This document shows, in pieces, positions 1 through 11,297 of a DNA stretch of 64,000 nucleotides. How positions within the stretch are numbered: position 1 is the first letter of the stretch; the number at the start of each line of letters is the position of its first letter. Origin of the DNA: Pecten maximus (Eukaryota); contig NC_047032.1 of NCBI RefSeq assembly GCF_902652985.1, positions 28,024,001-28,088,000 on the forward strand, read 5' to 3'. A program made the translations under genes and the position numbers. The notes under the pieces are model-generated. The model did not search any database, had not been told where the DNA came from, and worked only from the letters and a program-made list of their open reading frames with translations.

Positions 1-354
1 TTGACAAAATACTTTAAAACAGAAAAAAAAAATCCTTAAGGCTTTTGTTCATATCAACCCGAATCTTGTATCTTGACCTCAATTCTGGAAGTTTTGTTGT
101 TTTTGGGAATCAGTCTCCAAAAAGTTTCTATAACTGTACTTCCGGGAAAACGTCAACCGATTGACATAGCTCTTCAGAACTCTGTCTAAAGGGCTAAACA
201 TAGGTAGGGGATGCCCAATCTCCATATCTACATATTTGTTGAATTAAGCATTTAAGTATGTTTTATTTATTTTGTCGATTGTAAAATGGTCATAATTACA
301 TAAAAAGCTCTTAAATATGTACATGATAAGCATTCTAAAGTTTATGGAAACTGA

Positions 355-420
355 CCCTTGGTAATGCATCCGTCTTTCACCTAGATGACCGGGGTTCGAA
401 CCCCGACCAGACGTGAACAG
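355..420 (+). mobile_element. Degenerate tRNA-derived SINE head
   Basis: TGGTAATGCA...CCGGGGTTCGAACCCCG resembles a box B / T-arm. Confidence 0.4.
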
Positions 421-659
421 TTATTGTAATTGCTCTGCCCTCTGGCGCTTCCATGCGAACCAACCAGTGTGATAACCACACCTACCATGTCTGTTTTAAT
501 GACGATTACAAAGATTCTCTTTTATTGCATGCACATTCCTTGTCATAGCCATAGAAATTCTAGAGTGGGGATATGTCAAACGAACAAGTATGTACATTTT
601 ATGTCGCTTTCATAGGAATTCGTTAATTGGGGGTAGTAGCCGAACTGGAAAGCGATTTC

Positions 660-1300
660 AACATTTATCAAATGGTTAGGTAGTCCGTCTTAATTTCATA
701 AAATGAGGCAAACATGTTGATTTATATCGATCCCATTGAAAAATACAAAACAGACCCGATGTTCCGGAACAATAAATATAAACGTATTCTGATTCAGCGA
801 CGAAACTTGCCATACATAAGTAGGTCAGATCCGGGTAATTCACGTTTTCAGGATGAGAACAAATTGGCATGTCAACAAACATCGGACACGTTGGACTCAC
901 CTCGAACAACGAAATAGATTTTGTCGTATAATAAGATCATGATAACGGTCATAAACGTGCCCGTGGTCTGTATCAAATTGCGTATCTCTAAACCATCTGT
1001 TGTTCTTCCGCCAGAAGGTGACATATGTCATGTAAATTGTGAAAATGGAATCAAGTCCTTGAATATCGAATCTAGTGTAAGGACGGATGTTACTATCTAA
1101 AAATGAAAAACAATTAAAAATTTAAAATCATCACACTTTTGATTGGGCTTAGTGGTACGCTGTCCCCGATTACTATATTGTAAGTAAAGATCGAGATAAG
1201 CGACTGATATTGAACAGTCCGTAGTGTCTTTGAAGTCACGTCCTACATGGTATCTGGTCAATAAAGTAGATATTAAAAGATAACCCCTCGTTAACATATA
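660..1300 (-). mobile_element. Degenerate Penelope-like RT remnant
   Basis: ORF 1097..1297 contains KDTTDCSISVAYLDLYL...KCDDFKFLIV, resembling the PLE RT thumb motif (KDTT...SYLDL...KRDDFNF.IV). Boundaries are approximate. Confidence 0.55.
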
Positions 1301-1772
1301 AAAGGGAGAAATTGAAGGTCTGGTTACTGTTCCGAAATGCTCTTCAATAGAAGTAGCCTTGTTCCTGGGACCACTGATTAATAACGCTCTGCCAGATGAA
1401 CTAAGAGAAAATTCTCCCCTACCGAGTTTGTAGGTTACGGATCAGTAGTTATTTCTCTCTTTTTTTTTAGGTAACAGCGATGCTTGTGGAAGTTGAAATG
1501 ACTATGTCCCTACAAGGTCGCTATCAACAATATATATTCCAATGTATCCGCTAAGACCCTTCTATCCTTCTTTGGCTAAAGGGAAATTCTCCAATTTAAT
1601 AGAAGACATTATGAATAATCATTGAATTAGATTGGCGTATGCCATTCCATTGACAGCCCAGCCAGGGATGTTAAAGAACTAGCATGCATGAAGTATATCA
1701 TATCCATGAAAAACATGTAGTGTAAATATGACTACTTGATGACCTCGTCGCTGTATATCGTTATCATTGAGA

Positions 1773-1965
1773 ACCCTGGATGGGACAAATTCAGTATGTA
1801 AGCTCTGTGTTGTTCCCATCAAATTCTTAGGTCAGGACCCTGGATGGGAAAAATTCAGTATGTAAGCTCTGTGTTGTTCCCATCAAATTCTTAGGTCAGG
1901 ACCCTGGATGGGACAAATTCAGTATGTAAGCTCTGTGTTGTTCCCATCAAATTCTTAGGTCAGGA
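1773..1965. repeat. 64-bp tandem repeat x3 with internal inverted repeat
   Basis: Units start at 1773, 1837 and 1901. Each contains GATGGGACAA...TTGTTCCCATC. Confidence 0.9.
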
Positions 1966-2250
1966 AAATGTCTATAGAACTAAGTCTTTGACGGGAATAT
2001 AGCAATGTTACTAGCATAAATGATGCATGATTTATATAAGATGTATATAAGATAATATGTAAGATGATCATATTGTAATGAAGTAGACTACAAACGCATT
2101 TACTTTAGGCTTAAAAAGCATGGCATTCCAAGATTTCTTTAATTCTAATCTACTTGTGATTGAGTGCACAATGAGAAATACAAACTAAAAGACGTGTTTT
2201 CATTAATGCTTTCAGATTAATGATTTAATCAATTGTAAAGATCTAGTGTT

Positions 2251-4407
2251 CTAGAAACATTTACAGAAATTGTCCAAACAATGCCATGCCTTGTCATCAT
2301 CATGTGGGGCCCTCTTGTCGTGGGGTCCATGGTGGGGTCCATGGTGTTCATGTCCACACACGCCCAAGTCAGTTTCACAATCTGCCTTCATATTGCAAGC
2401 TGTTGGGTAATACCACAAAACATCTTTTAGTGTTTTATTTCTGCTAAATCGGATACGTGCATACTTTTATGCCATCTAATCATTATTAATCCACTACTTA
2501 TTCAGACACTGTTTTGACGTTTTTTACTAAAAGTTAGAAATCATTGACGATTTGAAGCTTTTGGATCATAAACATGCTGTATTATGAAACGTTTTTGTTT
2601 CGCATTCTTTAAAAACAGTCAATTGAAGTTAGACTAATTTGTCAAAATTTCACTCGGGCACTATTAAACCTTTCCCAAACTAATGACGAAATTGGATAAT
2701 TTCACGAGAAAATGACACATCACTCAATGTTTGCATGAGTAGTACTTTATGTAACAATCTTTAGAACGAGTGCTCAAATAATCACGTAATTGCACGTACT
2801 CAAAGCGCATAAAACGTCAGAAACAATTATATATCTAAATGTGGTAGAGAAAATATGTCCGAAATAATTATTCAATTAACCACTTTAAATGAATATGTAT
2901 CATTGGAACCGTACGGAAAATGGCGGACAATTTTTCCTAGAAACAAGAAAATACGGAATTAGACTCAATATCAGTGGATTTATTTTGAAGCCGTGTGTTT
3001 GTATCTACCATTTTCAAAGCTAAAATAAAGCGCCATCACATTGAAGGATATTTATAGGTGCATCAATTACTTACGGACGTTAGGATCAATAGCACATGTG
3101 CATTCGTCATGCTCACAGATCATCATTGTGTTGTTGCCAGCACACGTTGTTAGCACGCACGCAGTACTAACGTCGTCATCTTTGTGGCAGTGCTCGCTCA
3201 CTACGTAAGCTGTTGAATGAAATAAATATTAGTATATACAGCAGTATAGGAGCACACGAGCTTCAGCGTGAGTAAATAAATACAATACCCAACAACCACT
3301 TGTCTTGTGACCTGTTTCTACCACAATTTCGAGAAGGCAGCGACAGGATTGTAACCTTGTTTGGGTACTCGTATATGCTGACATATGCAAATAAGGCGTT
3401 TTTCAAAAGATGTACCATAATCAAAGGTATTTAGTCAGAGCAACTACTGTATATAACGTACAGTGGTAGTTAGACGGGTCATCAGTTCTGCAGTGCATTA
3501 ATGAAACAATAGCCGACTTTAATCTGTTTCCCACCAAAACTCGACTAATCGCCTCTTTGTCTTCGATGTTTTGTGAGACTGGCCGTCATTGATGTGAACT
3601 ATATATGTGCTGCCGTGTTCGGGACCTCTATATACAAAAATATAATAACGGAGATGCATTCTAAACAACAGATATTGTTCCAGTCTGTCGTTTTTCCCTA
3701 GAACATTTTGAACGAAATCTCAACTTCTTCACGTCACGAGCAGTTTTTGTGTTTGCCTCTGATGCCATAAAGCCATCAATATCAAAATCATTGACACGTC
3801 GGCGAAATATCTAGATGTGATAGCAGTTTGTACATCAAGTCTTGGACACGACTGTATGACGTCGAAGCGATATCTGATGACGTCAACAAAAGATCGCTTG
3901 GCACGAAACAAAACAGGAAAAAGTAGTTCAGGTCAGGGCAATCAAAAGACCGGAAGGCCATATATCCAACAGTCAGCACGTTTACAAAATGGTCCAATAT
4001 TCGAGAAGCACAACTGATTGTGGTAGAAACAAAAATATAAGTATGAGTCTAAGACGGAGACAATCTATCGGTTACCAATAAAGATAATTGCCATGACTCA
4101 AATAGTACATAATTTCCGAATTTAAAGTCATTTTTGATAAGCGTTCACGAAATTGTGCATTCGCGAATATGTCTGAAGATGAAGTTCGCAAAATGAAAAC
4201 ATGACAAAATCTAGGTGATTTATCACTTTTTTTGGCCGAGATAATTATCTACCAAAATTCAAAATGTGACAGATATAACTGGATAAGTCACCTTAATGTA
4301 TCTCGGCATTGTCTAGGAAACTACTTCGGTCACTTAACACTTAAAACCCATCTTCGATACTTACCAACAAATGCTGCAAGGCAGGCGGTGACGATGAAGA
4401 ACCTCAT
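2251..4407 (-). CDS. Secreted 12-Cys serine protease inhibitor-like peptide (cvSI-2 / MEROPS I84-like), paralog 1; 3 exons, 108 aa
   Basis: Manual splice reconstruction with GT-AG phase-1 introns: exons 4407-4365, 3209-3075, 2399-2251. Protein: MRFFIVTACLAAFVAYVVSEHCHKDDDVSTACVLTTCAGNNTMMICEHDECTCAIDPNVPCNMKADCETDLGVCGHEHHGPHHGPHDKRAPHDDDKAWHCLDNFCKCF*. It has a signal peptide and two 6-Cys halves each ending in CxC. Family assignment rests on the recognised cysteine pattern, not on a search. Confidence 0.85.
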
Positions 4408-4452
4408 TGTAATGGGTGAAAAAATACGTCTTAACATTGATAGCAGATCACG

Positions 4453-4460
4453 TTTATATA
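4453..4460 (-). promoter_or_regulatory. TATA box of inhibitor paralog 1
   Basis: TATATAAA on the minus strand about 45 nt upstream of the ATG, conserved at the equivalent position in paralog 2. Confidence 0.6.
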
Positions 4461-5064
4461 CCGATGTCTTATCTGACTTATGGACAGCTACTGATATGAT
4501 AGAGATCTAGATCACGACAAATTTCATAACAATACATGATTGATATGCCAGTGGCTTAGTTCTAAGACACGACTATTTAACACCTTTAAAGTTGTGTTTT
4601 GTTGGAGTTTTTGGCGTGTATGTTTTCTGTCAGATAAAGGGTTTATTCGCGATAATGTGTTTTTACATTAAACTCAGAAAGCAAAATAAACACACACAAA
4701 AAAACAACAATTAAGTGTGCATAAGGCTATAGTTCATAGCAACACGAACCATAGCCTCATTTCTTGAAGTTTTCCTGTTTTTATGAATCTGTCTCCATAA
4801 ACTTTCCATAATTGTACTTACAATTTATACACCAGGCATGTTCTTCTGTAACACTGCTGCCGGTTGTCCTAATAGGTGAATCCTGATTTCTGTCTTCTAG
4901 TCAGAACTTTTAATTTGTGAAACGAATCGTGTACGTCTGTCTCTACTTGATGGTTTATCATTCCAGTTTATTCCACTTCGAGGACGATCACAGATTATTG
5001 GAAAGAAAAACACCTCAGAACAAGTGCATTACATATGTCTGCTTACTTCTGATACATAGACCCC

Positions 5065-5074
<10 letters not shown>

Positions 5075-5121
<47 letters not shown>
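5075..5121. repeat. (CT)n microsatellite preceded by poly-C
   Basis: Read directly from the sequence. Confidence 0.95.
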
Positions 5122-5128
<7 letters not shown>

Positions 5129-5910
5129 GAATTCGGCAGTATGCTTCAGTGAGGTAGCACTATAAATCGGCAAAACCCATACAATGTAGTGACAAGTACT
5201 CACGTGTAGTGGCTGTATGTATACATTGCGGGGTTCAGGATCAAAGAGGCCGCTCTCTGACACCCCGCGGGATTAAATACTAGCTCACGTGCGAAATGAG
5301 TTCCAACCAAGGGAGCTAACTCCCCCGATTTTCACTACACTAGTAACAAAGTGATATTTTCGCTCAAATGAAATGTCTACTCGTTTTACCTGGTATCTGT
5401 ATCGGTTTATTGCCGGCACCATACATGTATCTACTGAATACGTATTTTTTATAGTCAAACCAACTTTTTAGACTAGACCTTAGCAAAAACTGACGACTGA
5501 TAGATGTGAATCAATCAGAAAACGTTAGGGTTGTCCCCCTTGAATGCAGATTACTCCGCGCGAGCGTGAAATGCGTGTAATATAGATTTTTCTTACATAG
5601 CAATCTTACATGTGCAAACTCAATCAAACACGGCAAGATATAAGTAAAAATTAAGTAACTTACCAGAGCCCCTAAAAGGTTGTTATCAACAATATTTATT
5701 CCAATGTATCGACTAAGACCCTTCACCAACTCTCTTAAGCTGAAGCTTTAAACTTAGTTGTTGTATGCCATCCCATGGAAGCCTAGGACTAGCATAAATG
5801 TATAATTTTATGGAAGAAAGTCTTGGACAGAAAAATTGTAAATGGAACTAGCATAAATGATGTATGATTTCATTGAAGAAAGTCTTAGACGGGAAAATGT
5901 GAATGCAACT

Positions 5911-6151
5911 AGCATAAATAAACAATTAAATATTAATATTTAATTGCATTTATGTTAAGTGCTTGTGATTGTTGTATATTATGTATATTAACCTTATATG
6001 GTAATTTGACATCACATGACCAGAGTAAGACTGCGCTGTCAGGCATCACGTGATCATTGCGAGACTGCGCAGTACAGCTTTTGAGACGTCACTTTAGCGT
6101 CAGCCAGAAAAGGGAGTCAAAGGCCAAAGGTAAATGTGTTTTATTTGCATT
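5911..6151 (+). repeat. Split direct repeat A1 (241 bp)
   Basis: Near-identical to 12276-12516. Confidence 0.95.
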
Positions 6152-6212
6152 TGACACGGGTCATTACCCGATTTTTATTGTACTTCCTCTGCTCATATTG
6201 TATATCCGGGTC

Positions 6213-6812
6213 ATGGATAGTTCGCCAGTGAACGTGGCTGTTATGGGACATAGCTTTGTGCGCCGTTTATCGGAATTTGTGTCGAGTAGGGATGCAGAAT
6301 GGCGGAATTTGAGGCTAGAGGAGTCGAGTATCAAGGTTTCCTTTCTGGGCAAAGGCGGAGGTCGAGTTTCTGATCTTTTTTCTGATCAATTCAGACGTTT
6401 CGTGGAGGCGGTAACTCCCGATGTGGTTATACTTCAAATAGGTGGCAATGATGCTGATTGTCCTTCGGCAGAACCTCGTCGATTGACGATTAACATTTTC
6501 TCGATTGCGGAGTGGTTGCTTGGGTATGGGGTAAAGCATGTTGTGATTATGCAGTTGTTACCGAGACAGCAAACTCGTCGGGTTTCCCCCGTTGTGTACA
6601 ACGAGTTTATTAAGACTGTGAACCAACACATCAAACGCATGGCTAGCACACGAGGTGATATTTCTTACCACAAACATAAAGGTTTGAAGGGAAGTCCCAC
6701 AAATGTGTTTCGTCGAGATGGGGTTCACCTAAATGACGCGCACGGGCTCCCCAAGTATGTAAGGAGCGTGCGCGGTGCGGTCATTGTAGGGGCCAGACAA
6801 CTCAGCTCGTGA
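6213..6812 (+). CDS. SGNH/GDSL-type hydrolase (esterase) encoded by the YR retrotransposon, 199 aa from ATG 6213
   Basis: All four SGNH blocks are present: MGHSFV (catalytic Ser), GKGG, QIGGND, RDGVHLN (DxxH). Confidence 0.85.
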   Translation: MDSSPVNVAVMGHSFVRRLSEFVSSRDAEWRNLRLEESSIKVSFLGKGGGRVSDLFSDQFRRFVEAVTPDVVILQIGGNDADCPSAEPRRLTINIFSIAEWLLGYGVKHVVIMQLLPRQQTRRVSPVVYNEFIKTVNQHIKRMASTRGDISYHKHKGLKGSPTNVFRRDGVHLNDAHGLPKYVRSVRGAVIVGARQLSS

Positions 6813-7635
6813 AGACTAACTGATCACAGTAAGTTATGTTTAAGTGTTGTTGTGTAGTTGCCATAATATAGCGGAAGTAATGGAAAGATTGTTGTTGCTC
6901 GAGGTTCTGTTTATTGTATAAACTTAGAGATGAGCTGTAACCAGTCAACTTACACGTGATCTCATACTTTCGGTTTGCTTCGTGTGTTTGTTTACAATCC
7001 GTTATGACCTAGTTAGGATACACGTTTCACTACATACGGTAACTACTAGTTTCACAGGTCATATAGTCGACATGCTAGGGGCCTTTGTGGCCTATGTACA
7101 TTGGTTCTTCATACAAATATAGTTTTGCAGTTATTTCCAGCCTCTGTGGCGTCTTAAGTATGTGTTGGGTGCCTGTGTGTCACCTTTCTAGGTATATATA
7201 GGTATATATATATCTTGGCCTTTGTGGCGAATTTTTACATTGATAAGCCTTGGTGGCTGATGTCCATATTAACAAGCCTTTGTGGCATATGAACTATACC
7301 TGTGTGGATAGTTTGTTAATATTTACTTGTATGTGTGTCTGGGACATGGGTAATTAGTAATGGTGTCATCATTAATCAAATAAATAAACAAATGTGACTT
7401 ACACATTGTTATGTGGTTTGCTAGACAAATTACTGAGGTGTATGGTTATTTTGATGATGTCTACATTTGCATTGTTGAGTTAGGGCAAATAATAAATACT
7501 AATTACATGCAAATAGGTTACAAGTTTTTGAGGCCAACTTGTCTCTAGCTAGCTTGTTTTCCTGTCACAAAGTACATGTTAATATGTCTATACTGGGGCA
7601 TCCAATTATATGTATTTTCTTTCTTTTTGAGCACA

Positions 7636-8801
7636 ATGCCTCTTACTAGACGGGCCGCGAAAAACCACAGGGTGATTAACACCACAAGCACTGAGCGGGC
7701 AACTGAGGTCCAGATAGAACCACCCACTCCACCCAACATAGTCAGGGGCAGAAGGGCCAGAGGGGCAGTGGAGGAGGTGCCAGTGGTGATGGCAACGACA
7801 ACGCCTATTTCTCAAACAGCTGTTCAGACGCCATCAGTCTCAGCTATAGCAGCTGAGCTATTCCAACTTATGAAGGCAGAAGGCATGGTGATGAGAGAAC
7901 CACAGCCAGTGTACCATAGCCTGGGTCAAACAGGGCAATCAACCACTATAAGTGCCCCTATGCAACAGCTGGGGCCTTCTACATCAGGAACAGCTACATC
8001 AGCAGCGCTTGGTGCTCCCGGACAGCAGTTGATACCTCCAGTGCGGACCACAACGCATGATAACGTATTGACTGAGAATTCGTTGCCACTGTCCGATATT
8101 GTTTTTGGGCCTGTGGCCGACAGTTTGACAGGTAATGGTACATTACCTGTTTTCCGCAGCATCAGCCGCCCGCTTGACGTAGGTCTAGAGCCCCGAATGA
8201 AAGAGAAAATTAATTCGGATCAGTTTGTTGAGTTTGGGGCCTTAATCAATCCCAATAAGTCAGAAAAGTATGACATAACCTTTCAGGCCAACACTTTGTC
8301 ATTGGTGCCAAAAATCAGAGCAACACAGCTCAAAACCTTGGAGCAATGGCAGAGTGCCTTTCAAATTTTCGTAACAGTTCTGACAAAATCAAAACCTGCT
8401 TTGGCTGCTTCCCTCATGAAGTACGCCCACACGATTCAAACAATAGCAAAAAAGGCGGGTGATGCTGCGGCGTTAGCATATGATATTAATTTTCGTAAGT
8501 GGAGGCAGGCAACCCCTGATGATCTTCAGAGTTGTATTTAGATGCGCTGACAGCGGGAGTTCAGGCTAAACGCCCCAGCAATCAAAATTCCACACCACCT
8601 GGTCAACAGGGAAAAGTTTGTTATTCTTTTCGTAACAAAGGGATGTGCAACAAAGGAAATTGCTCCTTTCAACATGTCTGCAAATTTTGCAAAGGTCCCC
8701 ATTCCTTTAAAAAATGTCAAAAGCCTGCCCAGCAAAGTCAGCCCACAAATAGCCAACCCGCCGGTGGTAACAAACCCAAAACACCAGGTCAATCAAAATG
8801 A
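7636..8801 (+). pseudogene. gag-like ORF1 of the YR retrotransposon, frameshifted near 8528
   Basis: The DIRS-type gag core (EQWQSAFQIF...AYDINFRKWR) lies in 7636-8541. The C-terminal Cys/His finger (CYSF...CNKGNCSFQHVCKFCKGPH...C) continues in another frame (8532-8801). Confidence 0.8.
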
Positions 8802-10374
8802 AACCATTAGTACTTCTCCAGTGAATTTTAAAAATATCAAACAACATCTTGATAATTATGATAATGAATTAACCAGTTTTTAGGAGAGTGGTTTTCAGTA
8901 TGGGTTCTCTTTGCGTTATGAGGGCCCTAGGATGTTTAGGCATGCTGACAATTTGCTTTCGGTAAAACAAAACCCAGAAATTCTGGATCAGAAAATTCAA
9001 CAGGAAATAGCTCTAGGTCGTATTTCGGGCCCCTTTTCAACACCACCTTATCAGAATTTGCAGATATCACCGCTAGGTTTAGTACCAAAGAAAGAGCCCG
9101 GGGAGTTTAGGGTCATACATCATTTGTCTTATCCTTTGGGCTCGTCCATAAACGATGGTATTGCAGATAGTGATAAATCAGTGCAGTATGAAACTTTAGA
9201 TAAAGCTGTGGAAATAATTAATCATTTTGGGCAGGGAACTTTAATGGCAAAAACGGATATCGAATCCGCATTTCGTATCATCCCGGGTCATCCAGATGAT
9301 TATGAATTGTTAGGAATGAAAATAGGTTCTAGCTACTATTATGACAAGTGTCTGCCCATGGGATGTGCTATTTCATGTCAACTTTTTGAAAAATTTAGTT
9401 CGTCGTTGCATTGGATTATGGAACATCAGTTCCATGCATCTGGTATGGTTCACGTTTTAGATGAATTTTTATTTTTGGGACCGCCAGATTCAAACAATTG
9501 TCAGGTTGATTTACAATTTTTTTTAGATTTATGTCAACATGCTCGCATTCCGATCAAAGCTTCCAAAACAGTCATGCCAACAACCTGTCTTACATTTCTT
9601 GGCATAGAATTGGACACTGTTGAGATGGTAGCTAGATTACCAACTGACAAAGTTGAGAAAATGAGACAAACAATAGCTGCTTTTCTGGTTAAGGGCAAAG
9701 TAACGTTACGTGAAATTCAGTCCCTGATAGGGTTATTAAATTTTGCTTGTCGTGTTATCACCCCGGGCCGACCCTTCCTTCGTAGGTTAATATCATTAAC
9801 TCTCGGCTTCAGTAAACCTAACCATCATGTGCGTTTAATAAAAGCCGCAAAGTGTGACCTGAGAGTTTGGCAGGTTTTTCTGAACCATTTTAATGGTACT
9901 ACCATGTTGTTACCCACGGCTTGGCATTCATCAGATACTTTGTGTATGTTTACTGATGCCAGCAATTTAGGTTTTGGAGCTATTTGTGGGTCACATTGGT
10001 TCAATGGGGAATGGCCAGAAAAATTACAGATATATCACATTAATATCAAGGAACTGTTTCCGATTACAGTCGCTCTTGAAGTGTGGGGTCACAAACTTAG
10101 GAACTCTAGTATCCTGTTCTTTTCGGACAATCTGTCTGTAGTCCACATAATAAATAAACAGTCGTCGTCAGATCAAGTCATGATGAATTTAGGTAGAAGG
10201 CTCGTTGTTGCAGCCCTAACTTTTAACATTCAATTTAGGGCTCGTCATATTCCTGGCAGGTTGAACGTTGCAGCTGATTTACTGTCTCGTTTACAGGTCC
10301 AGGCTTTTCGTCAGCACGTTCCACACATGGACAGTTGTCCCATGCCAGTACCTCAGACGTTGTTACAAATCTGA
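8674..10374 (+). pseudogene. RT/RNase H ORF of the YR retrotransposon with an in-frame TAG (8881-8883) and a DD-to-DE catalytic change
   Basis: ORFs 8674..8883 and 8911..10374 are in one frame (TSF*ESGFQYGFSLRYEGP). Motifs: SPLGLVPKK, KTDIESAFR, LPMG, HVLDEF (expected xLDD) and RNase H FTDAS / KEL / SDN / NVAADLLSR. Confidence 0.9.
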
Positions 10375-11297
10375 CACAAGAAGTACGCTGCCTGCTAGAC
10401 AACGCACTTACCGAGAGCTCTAAACAATTATACAGGAGGGCTTTTCATTTACTGTTTACATTTTTGCATAACACTATGCATGTTAGATGTCACTTGCCCA
10501 TTAGCATTGATCACTTAGCACTGTTCATAGCTCATTTGGTACAATCTGGCTTTGCCACTTCTACTATTTATTCTTATGTATCTGCTATTGGTTATGCACA
10601 CAAATTGTTGAATCATACAGATCCTACTCAAATTTTTGTTATACGGAAAATGTTAACAGGATTACAGAAGAAAGGTAAAGCTCCTGACACTCGCCTTCCA
10701 ATTACTCAATCGATTCTTCAAAAGCTTGTTTCTTCTTTGTCAGCAATTGATCTCACCCCTTATGAAATCTTGGCTTTCAAGTCCATGTACTTGTTGGCAT
10801 TCCATGCATTCTTGAGAATTGGGGAGATTGCTGCGGGCCAAAGTAAACACAACCTTTTACAACTTAGCAACATTCAGTTCTTTAAGGTGGGGTCAGTTGC
10901 TTTTCCTACGCGTTTAGAAATCAAATTTGAGTCGTACAAAGGTCATTATCATACTGATCCTATGACTCTTTCCCTACAAGGGCATTCTGATAAGTCGTTT
11001 TGTCCAGTATACAATCTGTATTGCTTTCTACAGACAAGGGGCTCAAAACCAGGTCCTCTATACATTTTTCAGTCGGGCAAACCAGTCTCCTATGCATACT
11101 TTACAAGAATTATGAAACGTGTTCTGTTAGCTTCTGGTTATAGCACTGACTCATATAAGAGTCATAGTTTCAGAATAGGAGCTGCTAGTTTGGCCGCAAC
11201 CATGGGGGTACCTGAGGGTGATATTCAAGCAATGGGCAGGTGGCATTCGCGTGCGTTTAAGAAATACATACGTATACCAACTTTTTCTGCAATTTAG
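10335..11297 (+). CDS. Tyrosine recombinase (phage integrase family) of the retrotransposon
   Basis: Catalytic set FLRIGE (R), YKG (K), SHSFRIGAA (HxxR), GRW and KKYIR (Y). The ORF overlaps the end of the RT ORF and has no ATG at its 5' end. Confidence 0.92.
   Translation: MSHASTSDVVTNLTQEVRCLLDNALTESSKQLYRRAFHLLFTFLHNTMHVRCHLPISIDHLALFIAHLVQSGFATSTIYSYVSAIGYAHKLLNHTDPTQIFVIRKMLTGLQKKGKAPDTRLPITQSILQKLVSSLSAIDLTPYEILAFKSMYLLAFHAFLRIGEIAAGQSKHNLLQLSNIQFFKVGSVAFPTRLEIKFESYKGHYHTDPMTLSLQGHSDKSFCPVYNLYCFLQTRGSKPGPLYIFQSGKPVSYAYFTRIMKRVLLASGYSTDSYKSHSFRIGAASLAATMGVPEGDIQAMGRWHSRAFKKYIRIPTFSAI

Noticed and set aside
6057-6212. N-terminal extension of the hydrolase ORF from TTG 6057
   Set aside because: It starts at a non-ATG codon within terminal repeat A. 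ATG 6213 sits just before SGNH block I and is the plausible start.
7081-7308. CRISPR-like repeat-spacer appearance
   Set aside because: The repeats are only 11 nt, spacers are irregular, there are no cas genes and the context is a eukaryotic retroelement. Kept instead as a hairpin-array finding.
10335-11297. Prophage or bacterial integrase / contamination
   Set aside because: The YR overlaps a DIRS-type RT/RNase H ORF inside split direct repeats and is flanked by intron-containing host genes.
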